Source of the DNA: Squalus acanthias
Lineage: Eukaryota
Direction of reading: 5' to 3'
DNA: 64,000 nt
Assembly: GCA_030390025.1 (NCBI GenBank)
Contig: CM059437.1
Location: forward strand, 54,808,001-54,872,000
In this document: positions 47,915 to 61,242 of the stretch, piece by piece
How positions within the stretch are numbered: the first letter of the stretch is position 1
How the letters are laid out: every line of letters starts with the position of its first letter
The notes under the pieces: generated by a model
Seen by the model: only the letters and a program-made list of their open reading frames with translations
Databases searched by the model: none
What the model was told of the DNA's origin: nothing
Position numbers and translations under genes: made by a program

Positions 47915-50780
47915 TAACATAGAAACATAGAAGATAGGCGCAGGAGTAGGCCATTCGGCCCCTCGAGCCTGCTCCGCCATTCGATGAGATCATGGCTGAT
48001 CATCCAAACTCAGTACCCTGTACCTGCCTTCTCCCCATATCCCTTGATACCTTTAGCTTTAAGAAATATATCTAACTCATTCTTGAATATATTTAATGAC
48101 TTGGCCTCAACTACCTTCTGTGGTAGAGAGTTCCACAGGTTCACCAATCTCTGGGTGAAGAAATTCCTCCTCATTTCTGTCCTAAATGGCTTACCCCTTA
48201 TCCTTCGATTATGACCCCTGGTTCTGGACTCTCCGACCATCGGGAACATTCTTCCTGCATCTAGTTTGTCCAGACCTGTCAGAATTTTATATGTTTCAAT
48301 GAGATCCCCTCTCATTCTTCGATACTCCAGCGAGTATAAGCCCAATCGACCCAATCTCTCCTCATATGTCATTCCTGCCAGCCCAGGTATCAGCCTTGTG
48401 AATCTTCGCTGAACTCCTTCCATGGCAAGAACATCCTTCCTCAGATAAGGCGACCAAAACTGCACACAGTACTCAAGGTGTGGTCTCACCAAGGCCCTGT
48501 ACAACTGCAGCAGGACATCCCTGTTCCTATACTCAAACCCTTTCGCTATGAAGGCCAACATACCATTTGCCTTCTTCACTGCCCGCTGCACCTGCATGCT
48601 TACGTTCAGCGACTGGTGCACAAGGACACCCAGGTCTCGTTGCACTTCCCCTTCTCCCAATCTATTGCCATTCAGATAATAGTCTGCCTTTCTGTTTTTG
48701 ACACCAAAGTGGATAACCTCGCATTTATCCACGTTATATTGCATCTGCCTCGCTTCTGCCCACTCACCCAACCTGTCCAAATCATCCTGGAGTTTCTCGG
48801 TATCCTCCTCGCAGCACACACTCCCACCCAGCTTTGTGTCATCTGCAAACTTGGAGATATTACATTTAATTCCCTTATCTAGATCATTAATGTATATTGT
48901 GAATAGCTGGGGTCGAAGGACCGATCCCTGCGGTACCCCACTAGTCACTGCTTGCCACTCGGAAAAAGACCCATTAATTCCTACTCTCTGCTTTCTGTCC
49001 ACCAACCAGTTCTCTATCCAAGTCAATACCTTGCCCCCAATCCCATGTGCCTTAACTTTACATGCTAATTTCTTATGCGGGACCTTATCAAAAGCCTTTT
49101 GAAAGTCCAAATACACCACATCTACCGGTTCTCCCTTATCTATTTTCCCAGTTACATCCTCAAAAATTTTCAGTAGATTAGTCAAGCACGATTTAGCTTT
49201 TGTAAATCCATGTTGACTTTGTCCGATCCTGTCACTATTTTTCAAGTGCTCAGCTATTACATCCTTTATAATGGACTCTAGCATTTTCCCCACTACCGAT
49301 GTCATGCTTACCGGTCTGTAATTCTCCGCTTTTTCTCTACCACCCTTTTTGAATAGTGGGGTAACATTAGCTACCTTCCAATCCATGGGTACAGTTCCAG
49401 ATTCCATCGAATGATGGAAGATGATCAGCAATGCATCTACTATTTCTGGGGCCACTTCCTTAAGTAACCTAGGATGTAGATTATCAGGCCCTTGGGATTT
49501 ATCGGCCTTCAATCCCGTCAATTTCCCTATCACCATTTCCCTGCAAATACTGATTTCTTTCAGTTCCTCCCTTTCATCAGACCGTATGTTGTCCAACATC
49601 TCTGGGAGGTTATTTGTGTCCTCCTTTATGAAGACAGAACCAAAATATGCATTTAATTGGTCTGCCATTTCTTTGTTCCCCATTATAACTTCCCCCGCTT
49701 CTGACTGCAAGGGACCTACACTTGATTTCACTAATCTTTTCCAATTCACATATCTATAAAAGCTCTTACAGTCAGTTTTTCTCTTCCCTGCAAGCTTACT
49801 TTCATATTCTATTTTCCCCTTCTTAATTAATCCCTTTGTCCTCCTTTGTTGAATCCTAAACTGCTCCCAATCCTCAGGGTTACCGCTTTTTCTGGCCAAT
49901 TTATATGCCCTCTCCTTGGATCTTATGCTATCCATAATTTCCCTTGTTAGCCACGGTTGAGTCACCCTTTTTGTTTTATTCTTATGCCACACTGGGATGA
50001 ACAAATTCTGTAGTTCATCCATGCAGTCTTTGAATGTTTGCCATTGCCTATCCACCGTCAACCCTTTGAGTGACATTCCCCAATCAATCCTACCCAATTC
50101 GTGCCTCATACCATCATAGTTTCCTTTATTTAAATTCAGGACCCTAGTCTCTGATTCAACTACTTCACTCTCCATCCTAATGAAGAATTCTATCATATTA
50201 TGATCACTCTCATCCAAGGGGCCTCGTACAACAAGATTGCTAATTAATCCTTTCTCGTTACATAATGCCCAGTCTAAGATGGCCTGATCTCTGGTTGGTT
50301 CCTCGACACATTGTTCCAGAAAACCATCCCGTAAACATTCTAGGAATTTCTCCCCCACAGTATTTTTACTAATTTGGTTAGCCCAATCTATATGTAAATT
50401 AAAGTCACCCATGATGACTGCTGTGCCCTTACTGCATGCTTCTCTAATTTCCCTTTTAATGCCGTCCCCAACCTCCGTATTGCTGTTTGGAGGTCTATAT
50501 ACCACTCCCACTAACGTTTTCTGCCCCTTGTTATTTCTCAGTTCTACCCATACAGATTCCGCATCATCAGAGCTAATATCCTTCCTTTCAATTGTGTTAA
50601 TCCCCTCTTTAACCAGCAATGCTACCCCACCTCCTTTTCTTTTTTGCCTATTTTTCCTAAATATTGAATACCCCTGGATGTTGAGTTCCCAGCCTTGGCC
50701 ACCCTGGAGCCATGTTTCTGTAATCCCAATCAAATCGTGTTCATTTACCACTATTTGCACAGCTAATTCATCCACCTTCA
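47915..50780 (-). mobile_element. CR1 LINE with a nearly complete open ORF2 (48010-50775, 921 aa, APE plus RT), inserted in an L2 fragment (47835-47914 / 50780-50990)
   Basis: ITETWL, GGGVAL, YRPP, GDFN, SDH endonuclease motifs and all RT motifs without stops; CR1 tail at 47915-48000. Confidence 0.95.
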
Positions 50781-51134
50781 GCTGCCTAGGCCCTCCGCAC
50801 TGGGATCCTCTCCCTAAGCTTCTCTGCCTGTCTTGCCTCCTTTACGATGCTCCTTAAAATCTAACTCTTTGACCAAGCTACTTGGTCACCTGTTCTAATA
50901 GCTCCTTATGTGGCAGCCCTCCTGTGAAGCGCCTTGGGCCGTTTTACTACGTTAAAGGCGCGATATAAATGCAAGTTGTTGTTGTTGTGGAAAATATAGG
51001 ACAACTGCTTTGGCTGAATACACATAGAATAAACAAGACTTTAGCCCAGTAATTTTCACCGGATACAGTCCTTGCTCTTAGAACTTGCAAAATTTCATGT
51101 TTCGGTTTTAGAAAGAAAATAGATGACCTCAATT

Positions 51135-51285
51135 ATAGAAACATAGAAACATAGAAGATAGGAGCAGGAGTAGGTCATTCGGCCCCTCTAACCTGCTCCG
51201 AAATTCAATGCAATCATAGCTGATCATCCAAATTCAGAACCCTGTCCCTGCTTTCTCCCCATATCCCTTGATCCCTTTAGCCTTA
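51135..51285 (-). mobile_element. CR1 3'-terminal fragment
   Basis: agaaacatagaaacatagaagataggagcaggagtagg tail. Confidence 0.8.
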
Positions 51286-52059
51286 AGTTATAAGTTGATT
51301 CATTATTTTGCATGTACTCATTTTATGAAATGCAAATATATTAAATAAGTAAATACACGTCAGAAAATTCCAGGTCATAATTACACCAAAAATCAGCAGA
51401 GATAAATTTTAAACGTCTTGTAAAACAAAGCAGAAAATAGTCAAAACGTGATATTTCATGATTTGAGCATAACCTATCGCACTAAAGGTGTTTAAGTTGG
51501 ACAATAAACTGAGCCACGGCTGACACAGCGCTATTGTGAGCAATTAAATATCATTCAAGGCATTGTCAATCACACGGGCTGATATTCGTAAAGAATGGGT
51601 TAAAGCACACCGAGGACATTCCTCTCTCCACTATTTCAAAGGAGTTAACCAGTTTACCATGACACAAGACCAATTTTAACCCACCATCAGAAATTATTTG
51701 TCAAGCCGTTCACTTTTCTTCATGTAACCTGGAGCTGTGATTTCCAGTTTTCACTTGTCTCTTGTTTTCCCACACTGCGCAGTTAATTTCTTTGTTAACA
51801 GTAAACCGCATTTTAACGAACATAGTTGAAGCACATTTATCGCAAATCTCAAGTCAACCAGGAACAACGAGCAAATCCAATCAGCCGTCAGTAACTCCAC
51901 AGCGCCTTCTACTGGAACGTCAAAGTAAGGCAAGATGCCACCACAGTAACACAACCACGAGCCAACTCTTTGGCATTGCCTTGCAATTTCCTCCATGGGC
52001 ATAACCCGGAATTCAGATGCGAAAATACACCCATTACTGCACCCATTCATCCGTTTCAC

Positions 52060-52730
52060 TCAAAAAGTATGATGTGCTTGAATGTTCAAAGACAAAATCT
52101 ATTTGGTTAGAATTAAAGAACAATAGAGGAGCTATTACACTGCTGGGTGTATACTCTCGGCCAGTAAATAGTGGGAAGGAGATAGAGGAGCAAATTTGCC
52201 ACCAAGTTGCTGAAAGATGCAAGAACTTTAGAGTAGTGATAATGGGGGACTTCAATCATCCTACTATAGTCTGGGTTAGTAATAGTGTAAAGGGCAAAAA
52301 GGGGGAGGAATTCCTGAAATGTGAAGAAGAGAACTTTCTTGATCAGTGTTTCCAGCCCAAAGAGGAAGGAAGCAGTGCTGGATCTAGTTCTGAGGAATGA
52401 AGTGACACAAGTACAGCATGTTTCAGTGTGGGTGGGGGGGAGGGGGCAATTGGAGAACAGTGACCACAATATCATTAGGTTTAGAATAGTTATGGATAAG
52501 GACAAGGAGGAATGAGATGTGAAAATACTCAACTGGAGAAGGACTAATTTCAGTGAGTTGAAAAGGGATTTGGCCCAGGTGGATTGTAATCAAAGATTGG
52601 CAGGTAAAACAGTAAATAGGTAATGAGTTTCATTCAAAGAGGAGATAGTTTGGGTACAGACTAGACATATACCCATGAGGGGGAAAGGAAGCGCATCCAA
52701 AGCTAGAGCTTCATGGATTACTAAAGATAT
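52060..52730 (+). mobile_element. CR1 endonuclease-region fragment
   Basis: SIWLELKN..LLGVYSRP..GDFNHP, LDLVL, NSDHNIIRF. Confidence 0.8.
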
Positions 52731-52779
52731 GGGCCCGGATTTTGCGGTCAGTGGTGAACCTCTACCTCTCTCTCTCCAT

Positions 52780-55357
52780 ACAAACATAGAAATATAGAAA
52801 AAATAGGAGCAGGAGTAGGCCATTCTGCCCTTCGAGCCTGCTCCACCATTCAATATGATCATGGCTGATCCTCTATCTCAATACCATATTCCTGCTCTCT
52901 CCCCATACTCCTTGATGCCTTTTGCATCTAGAAATCTATCTATCGCCTTCTTAAATATATTCAGTGACTTGGCTGCCACAGCCTTCTGTGGTAGAGAATT
53001 CCACAGGTTCACCACCCTCTCAGTGAAGAAATTTCACCTCATCTCAATACTAAATCTCCTACCCCGTGTCCTGAGACTGTGACCCCCTCATTCTAGACCC
53101 CCCAGCCAGGGGAAACATCTTCCCTGCATCCAGTCTGTCTAGTCCTGTCAGAATTGTATACGTTTCTATGAGGTCCCCTCTCATTCTTCTAAACTCTAGT
53201 GAATACAGGCCCAATCTCTCCTCATACGACAGTCCTGCCATCCCAGGAATCAATCTGGTGAACCTTCGCTGCACTCCCTCTATGGCAAGTATATCCTTTC
53301 TTCGGTAAGGAGACCAAAATTGCACACAGTACTCCAGGTGTGATCTCACCAAGGCCCTGTATAACTGTAGTAAGACATCCTTGCTCCTATACTCAAATCC
53401 TCTTGCAATGAAGGCCAACATACCATTTGCCTTCCTAACTGCTTGCTGCACCTGCATGTTTGCTTTCAGTGACTGGTGTACAAGGACACCCACGTCCCTT
53501 TATACATCAACATTTCCCAATCTATCACCATTTAAATAATACTCTGCCTTTCTGTTTTTCCTACCGAAGTGGATAACTTCACATTTATCCAGGTTATACT
53601 GCATCTGCCATGTATTTGCCCACTCACTCAACTTGTTTAAATCACCTTGAAGCCTCTTTGCATCCTCCTCACAACTCACCTAGTTTCGTGTCGTCAGCAA
53701 ACTTTGAAATATTACATTTGGTTCCCTCATCCAAATCATTGATATATATTGTGAATAGCTGAGGCCCAAGCACTGATCCCTGCGGTATCACACCAGTCAC
53801 CGCCTGCCACCCTGAAAAAGACCAATTTATTCCTACTCTCTGTTTCCTGTCTGTTAACCAATTTTTAATCCATGCCAGCATATTACCCCCAATCCCATGT
53901 GCTTTAATTTTGCACACTAACCTTTTATGTGGGACTTTATCAAAGACCTTCTGAAAATTCAAATACAGCACATCCACTGGTTCTCTCTTATTTATTCTAT
54001 CAGTTACATCCTCAAAAAACGCCAGTAGGTTTGTCAAACACGATTTCCCTTTCATAAATCCATGTTGACTTTGTCTAATCCCGTTGCTATTTTCTAAGTG
54101 TCCTGTTATCACATCCTTTATAATAAACTCTATCATTTTCCCTGCTACTGATGTTAGGATAACCGGTCTGTAGTTCCTGTTTTCTCTCTCCCTCCTTTTT
54201 TAAATAGTGGGGTTATATTTGCCACCCTCCAATCTGCAGGAACTGTTCCATAATCTATAGAATTTTGGAAGATGACAACCAATGCATCCACTATTTCCTT
54301 GGCTACCTCTTTTAGTACTCTGGGATGCAGATTATCAGGCCCTGGGGATTTATCAGCTTTCAGTCCCATTACTTTCTCCAGCACTATTTTTTTACTAATA
54401 ATAATTTCCTTTAATTCCTCCTTCTTACTAGACCCTTGGGGGTAAAAATTGAGTCGCGCCCCATTTGGGGCGCTAACCTCGCCGGGGCGCTACTTTTAGC
54501 GCCCCGAAAAAATTAGCGGCCCCGCGCCGGAACTTCAGTGGTTGCGCCCCAAGAGGGAAGCGGGGCGCCACTGGAAGCACCCCGCATCCCTCTTGGGGCG
54601 CTGCGAGGGAATATCCTGGCGCTACGTGCCACAGCACCAGGCGCTGCGGCACGTCGCGCCGCGGTATTGCAGGCCTTCCTCCCCTTCTTAAAGGGGAGGG
54701 ACCCTGCGCAGCGCGAACCGGGGCCCAGCTGGGCCCCCAGGGATCGGGAGTGCCGGCAAAAGAGCCCGGCACTCAAGAGAAGTGCCGGGCTCTTGGAGCG
54801 CAGCCGGCACTTCACGGTGGGGGGGCTTCACGGGGGCCGGGGACAGCAACGGGGGCAGGTGCTGGCAGGCGGCCAGCAACAAAAATGGCCGCCTGCCACC
54901 TCCCCTTTAAATATCGCCTCCCCGGCCGCACGTACGTCTCCCTGAACCCGTCGGACATAGCGTCTGGCAGTAAATCAGGGGGCGCGACTGAAGATCGCGG
55001 CTGGAGCGCGAGCGGGGTGCTGCGCACGGCGATGACGTCATCGCCGGCGGCGCAGCGCCACAGGGCGCTACCGGCTGGCGCCGCTGCTAACCTCCCGCTG
55101 AATTTTACGGGAGGCGTGGGCGGCGCTGCGCCCGGGCGTTAGCTGCTTTACGCCCCATTAGCGCCCTCTTAAGGCGCTAACGGGAGGCGCAAGCAGCTGA
55201 ATTCCTTGGTTCCTTAGCATTTCTGGGAAGTTATTTGTGTCCTCTACCGTGAAGACCGAACCAAAGTATTTGTTTAATTGCACTGCCATTTCCTTGTTAC
55301 CCATTATAAATTCTCCTGTTTCTGACTGTAAGGGACCTACATTTGTCTTCACTAATC
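52780..55357 (-). mobile_element. CR1 LINE (frameshifted RT), interrupted by a GC-rich MITE
   Basis: ORFs 53059, 53669, 54154 and 55158 give consecutive RT segments. Confidence 0.9.
54439..55205. mobile_element. GC-rich non-autonomous Harbinger-type element
   Basis: Inserted into CR1 gacccttg|gttcc with a TTG duplication (54436-54438, 55206-55208); ggggtaaaaattg start; tagcgcc/ggcgcta motifs shared with the termini of 42967-47129. Confidence 0.75.
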
Positions 55358-55359
55358 CC

Positions 55360-57100
55360 AGAGGGGGGTGTGGTCGGAGTGAGATAGGCACTTAGTGCTC
55401 AGGATGGCAGAGTAGTGTAGAAAAAATTCAATGGCCTAACCTGAGCAGGGAAGGTAAGACACTCACATTCTCTCCCTTTCTTCCTTGCCCACTGTGGGCG
55501 TGATATCACGCTCAAGTACATGAAGTGGAACTAGCTGATCAGTGAAAATACTAGAAAGATGCAGACCAGTAGCTCCTTCAGTTGTTCCACATGCTCAAAC
55601 GACTGCAAACCTAATCTTTCTCTACTTTTCTCTTTGCAGGGCAATAATGCACACAACGCCCTAATAGGTCAAAAGCGAGGGAGAAGGGTGTCCCAAACCT
55701 CCTCCATCTGACCCACCCCCCCCCCCCTCCACCACCACCACCATGAGATAATGGAGGTGGAGCTGCTGAGCTGCTATACCACTGTGGCCACAGTGGAGGC
55801 GGAGAAGTGGGGGGAGAGTCCAGAGCCAGATTCACTTGCTATTGCTCAATGCTCCAGGAGAGGACAGGGGCCCAGGCTTCTAACACCCATTCCCCCACCC
55901 CCAATAGGCCATATCGGCACTGGTAAAGGCATCCATTCTAACCCGTTCTTTTTTTCTTCTGATGTGTCAGCCAGACTGCTAGAAGGCAGTCATTGTGGAG
56001 GAAGAGGGGGATGAAGTGTAGCAGGAAGAGGAAGGGGTGAGGTTGGGGAAGAGGGAGGGGGAGCAGCTTCAGTTTAGATGGAGGAAACGGGCTCTGGCTT
56101 TGTCGTATAACTTGTACGCATTGTACTGCCAAATGAGGAGTGGATGGAAAGCCAGAGCTGCACACTTCCCCTCTTTCCTCGGAGTGCCATCACCTTCAGG
56201 CCACCCCCCAAGGAAAGTCGGAGACACCTAGCTGTGCCCAACCTGGTATCAGTATGGACACATTGCACCGGCGCAGCGAGCACTTCAAAACCAGGTGAGC
56301 ACTTCAGCACCAGAATCCAGTTCCGGGGAATGGGAAGACTCTGAAGAGATGGAGGATGCTGCCACCAATCCATAGAGACTGGCTAGAAGGCAACCATGGA
56401 TAAGTCATTGGAGTGGGACATGGCAGCTTCAGCCTGAAGAAGCATCTGTTGGTGGAGCATCACAGATGCATGAGGACGCTGAGCTCCATCAGTATTAACA
56501 TGGAGCTCCTTGTGGGTTTGGTCTTCGAGTCTGTTGTAATGCTCAGCACCAACATTGCATTGATAATGCTAGAGCTGCAAGAACCAATGCAGCAGGTGGC
56601 TGTGGCATTGGAACATTTAAGAGGTCACCTGTAGGAAACAGTGAGGGAGCAGTCGGGGCTCCCACCTTCATGACAGTTCAGAATTCTGCTCAAGGCTTTA
56701 GGTGACAGACTGAAGAGCATAATGAATTGTGGCTTCCAGTCTCTTACAGAGGCCTTGTAGGACCTGACGGCTGCCACCACTTCACCAATTTGGTTGCTGG
56801 CTGGGGCTGCAGACCAAGACTGCAGTGGAAGGTGGCTGATATAGTCCAGATCCCTGCAGCTGCCACCCCTCCAGGCAGCAGTGCCAGCCTGCCAACAGCA
56901 GGCACGGTCTCAACCTCTACATGGCAGGCTGCAGGAGGCAGCTCTGGATTTCCTCCTGGGACTCAGCCAGCAGCAGCCCTGGTCCAGGAGTACACGGCCA
57001 TCAGCATAGATCAAACACAGGCCCACAACTCATCAGCCCCACAAACCACTTTTCTGGTCCCAGATTTACTGCAAGATGGTGCAGGAGGGTAGCTGGTTAA
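55360..57100 (+). mobile_element. Probable degenerate Harbinger Myb-gene remnant
   Basis: Exon-like ttgcag|ggcaataatgcacacaac (AHN motif) and downstream GC-rich low-complexity coding-like sequence resembling 44920-46320. Confidence 0.4.
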
Positions 57101-57994
57101 AGGGCTTGTCAAGCACTAAGCGGGACCAAGTGTGGTACCTTGAGGGAGTCGGGGAAATTTAACTCCTGTCTGCATTAACTCCTCCTGTGTTGGACAGTGG
57201 GTAAGATGACTGGCTGGATCATTCTGACTGTCATTCTCCTGTCCTGTTTGTTGAGTTTGATGTGTTATTGCAGCTAATTAAAAATGTCTTGTTTCAAAGA
57301 GTTAAAACTTTATTTAAATTATTTAAAAGTTTGCAAAAGTTTTCATAATTTTTAAAGATTACATTGGTTGAACTCCGGATTCCAATGGTTTGTGATATTC
57401 ATTATTGTTGATTAAAGGTAAATTCTTGTAAATAGTTGTTCAAGTTTCTAAAGAGAGTTTAACATTGCAATAAAACACTGTTTGTAAATATAATATGTTC
57501 CTCAAGGTCCAGTTTAGAAAGATTAAAATTTCTAAATTCAGTTTAACTTTTTTAGGCAATCCTTGTATTCATTTGTAACAATTTTCTCTTAAAACTATGA
57601 AACATTTTTGTAATAAAATATTCTTTGAAATTAACGAGAGCAATGTCTGACTCTTCTGGTTGTGACCTCTGTGGGGTGCTCATTGGGTAAAGTGCTGCGC
57701 CACTGATCTCCCTGTCCTCTGGAGGCGATGCCTCCTGTGGACTCGCCATGTCCCTTGGCTCTGGCTCTCGCAGCACAGGATCTATATTAGTGCACGTTGT
57801 TATACCTTTATTACTGACTCTTCTGGAATGTTTAGGTTTACAGAGCATTGGGTGCCTAGTTTCTTCTAGTGCTAGATGATGGAGGAGGTCCGCTTACAGG
57901 CCTTGAATTTCCTGAGTATTTGTGCCCAGTGACAGGCGCAGTCAGAGCCCAAAGCAAATACATGGCCTAAAAGAGTTGGTAATTTTTGGCGCAT

Positions 57995-58145
57995 GTTCTC
58001 CTGAGACCAGAGAAGTTTAAGAGGAGATTTGATAGAGGTGCTCAAAATCATGAATTTTGATAGAATATAAAAGGAGAACTGTTTCCAGTAGCTGAAGGCT
58101 CAGTAACCAGAGGACACAGATGTAAGGTAATTAGCAAAAGAACTT
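57995..58145 (+). mobile_element. CR1 RT C-terminal fragment
   Basis: agaggagatttgatagaggtg...aaccagaggacacaga (RGDLIEV / TRGH). Confidence 0.7.
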
Positions 58146-58749
58146 TCAGAAAATAACTCAAAGTTCCATAACTCCTGGTTACCACATAAAAAATGCTGTG
58201 GTCAGTACCTTGGAAAATCAGCTCTGATCTACAAAACACTTCTCATTTCTTGGTAAAAACATTCATGAATTTCTGCTTTTGCAAGAACCCAGATGTAATT
58301 CTTAAAAGTATGTGGTCGCAGCAATGCACGTCCAATCCTGTTAACTTCTGCTTGCAAACAAAATTGCATCCCTAGACAATGGACTTCCCTGTGTAGTCAA
58401 GTGGCACAGCTTCCTCTTTTAATTTCTAACTTGAAGTTCTAAGAAAATAATTCAGGAAATGGATAGCAACTTGAGTCAAAAACATTAAATGTCATTTTTG
58501 TAAAATAAATTCCCGGCTCTACAATAGTTTCGATTTTAATAACTGGCTGATCTCACATGCGAAAAAAGCAACAAAAAAGTCTCTTTCTTATCGTTAATGT
58601 GTCTCTCTGTGTGCCTCATTCCTTCTGTCTCCCTCACTCTCTTTTTTTAATTTGTCTTTCCCACTTTCTGGTTCTCTCTTCCTCCATCTCTATATGGCTC
58701 TCACACATTTTCTGTAGTGCCATCTCATTATCTCTCGCTCTCTCTGAAT

Positions 58750-59988
58750 TGTAGGCTTCGCAAAATCCCCCAGAAACTCGAACAGAACCCTAAGTGAAGT
58801 GATTTGAGGTAAAACCCTCAGTTTTGGACATTTTTAAAGATCAGGGAAGAAAAACCCTGAAGTAAATGACTTTTTGAATCTTACTGTTGAGAAAGACACC
58901 TTTCACAGACACCGACAGGCTGTGGAGGGGCGTGGCCAGGCAGTGGATAGCTTTGGGTATTGGGGCCCAATTAAGCTGTCTGGGAATGTGTTTACACTGC
59001 CTTCCTACCAAGGAGGAAGAGACAAACCCAAAAGCCTCACACACACATCGAAATATGAATAAACCAAGACCTCTTTTGAAATTCCCAGGCCCACACAGGA
59101 TACCAGAAGCCTGAAATCAGTAAAACATTTAGTAACCCGATTTACTTCATCAAAAACCAATCAAACAGGTATCCACAGGACAGATTTAAAGCCCACCAAA
59201 AACCTAGGACAATAGGGACAAGATTTGGTGCGTAGATAAAAGCCTTGCCTAAATCGGAAGCTATCAGGACATGTTTAACACCAAGTTAAAGCCATCGAAA
59301 CTGACAAGCCCGCCAAAACTAAGACAATGGCATAAACTGGGCTCATTTGAAATCTAAAGGAAACCGCTTTAGTAAGGGGTTTTGGGCGTGAAAAGGACAG
59401 TATAATTGGGGCTTAATGTCCCAGGACTCGCTCTCTCTGGACTCGCTGACAACGCTCGCACAGCTCTCTCTCTCTCAGCTCTGCTCCAGCAAAGACACCA
59501 CAAGCCACGAGGAGGAGGAAAGAAGGCCAACAACTTCACAAACAGACCAACACACAAGAAGGAACCGGAGCGACTGCCTCAGTGACCATCGGACACTTCG
59601 CGGCAACAAGGGCCTTATGAAATCTTTTACACAAAAGACTCTAAACCCTGTCAAGGATTCGTTTGGTGAGCATTATCCCTGATCTCCTGAAACCAAAACC
59701 TAGCTAGATAGTGGGCTTTTTGGGAGGGATAAGGTTTTTTTGCATATTGTCATTCTCCCTCGCATGTACCGTGTGTTCCCCAAACTGTGTTCAAGCAATA
59801 AGTGTGTTTTAAGTTTGTTACCTTTTTCTTTTAATAAAGTCAGAATTCTTTCATCAGAACCTGTTGTCGACTGTATCTTTGTTCACAACCCCTAAATAAG
59901 TCCAAAGTCTAGGAACCAGGGGCGTGGGAATGATTCGAACCTGTCACTGAGTCTGAGGTGAAGGCTGGCCCCACTACCACCTCCTACA
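58750..59988 (+). mobile_element. Solo LTR (ERV- or Gypsy-type), 1239 bp
   Basis: TGTAGG...CCTACA inverted termini, 4-bp TSD GAAT (58746-58749, 59989-59992), TATAA at 59401, AATAAA at 59833. Confidence 0.82.
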
Positions 59989-61212
59989 GAATGCCATTCT
60001 CCTTTCCTTTCTAATGACGATTATCTCTGTACTCTCTTTCTTTCTTTTCTTCCTTCTCTCGTTCCTTCTTTACATCTTATTCCTTCTTCCTGCATCATGC
60101 TATTCATTCCTCGTGGCAGTTATTAGCAAATTTACAATAAACTGGTGGCTCGGGTTCTCAAATGGCAGTCCAAAATAGATTTAACAAAGGTGAGAAATGT
60201 GACAAAATGAAATAAATTAATGTGCCGTTGATCTGTGGGTATTGCTGCTTGAGTAACAGTGCCAAAAAAAAATCAAAGATTATTAAAATTGTTTATCTCT
60301 TGCTGCAATGTTCAGAGATAAAATTAGAAAAATAAAAAGTAGTCAATAAAGAAATAGATTTATAACATCGTAGTCTTAGCTACATAAATAATCTGTCCAT
60401 ATAAATTGCTGTAGTTACCTGAATAATAAATGTGTTACCCACATATTGAGCATTTCATTTGTTTTTAGTGTTCTATATTATATCTAAAGAAAGATTATAT
60501 AAACATTATAAATTATAAATTAGGGATGGGAATGACTGGAATGGCTGAGCAGGGCTCCAGCCACACAACGTCCATTTCGATCAAGTGATGAAGGGCAAGC
60601 GATCATCAAAATTTAAAAAGACCACCTCTGCCCTTTATTCCCCTGGTACCCTGGCCCCTGTGCCAGGGGCCCTCTGCCATGTGTTTAACGTTGCAGGCCC
60701 ACCCCCATGACGAGAGAGTGCCTGGTGTGCAATGACCAGTCTCTTCACTGGCTGCTTGCACCTGACAATGCGGTCCTGGCACTTCAGGAGATCATAAGAG
60801 ACAGATGACAGATTTAATCCCGTACATGCTGGAGCCTGGGTGCCTCGGCAACATTTGATCTAATGTTGTTTCTGAATGGGGAAGAGCTGGCAAATGCAGC
60901 TTAAATGCAGAGAGGACACCAGTGGAGGATTTCATATGTTCTGTCTGTGCTCCCCACTCTCTCGAACCCCCCCCCCCACCCCACCACACACACCCACACA
61001 CACCCGAACCGTGTCTATGAAAGCTACATGAGCCTTTCCGAGGAGCTGCCCCACCGAACACTCAATACTAAGCAATGAAATGGTTACCAGACTGCGCCAC
61101 TTCCTGCAGCCAGACCTGGAAAGTCAGTCAACCAGCAGAACTGCTTTAACTGTGACGAAAATGAGAAGTCGCACAACACCAGGTTATAGTCCAACAGTTT
61201 TATTTGAAATTA

Positions 61213-61242
61213 CGAGCTTTCGGAGCTCTGCTCCTTCTTCAG
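61213..61242 (-). ncRNA. Minimal hammerhead-ribozyme motif in the Penelope pLTR
   Basis: Minus strand reads CTGAAGA-A-GGAGC-AGA-GCTCC-GAAAGCTC. Confidence 0.6.

Noticed and set aside
54473-55142. Several overlapping GC-rich ORFs or a CpG-island promoter
   Set aside because: Lies wholly inside a MITE inserted in a CR1
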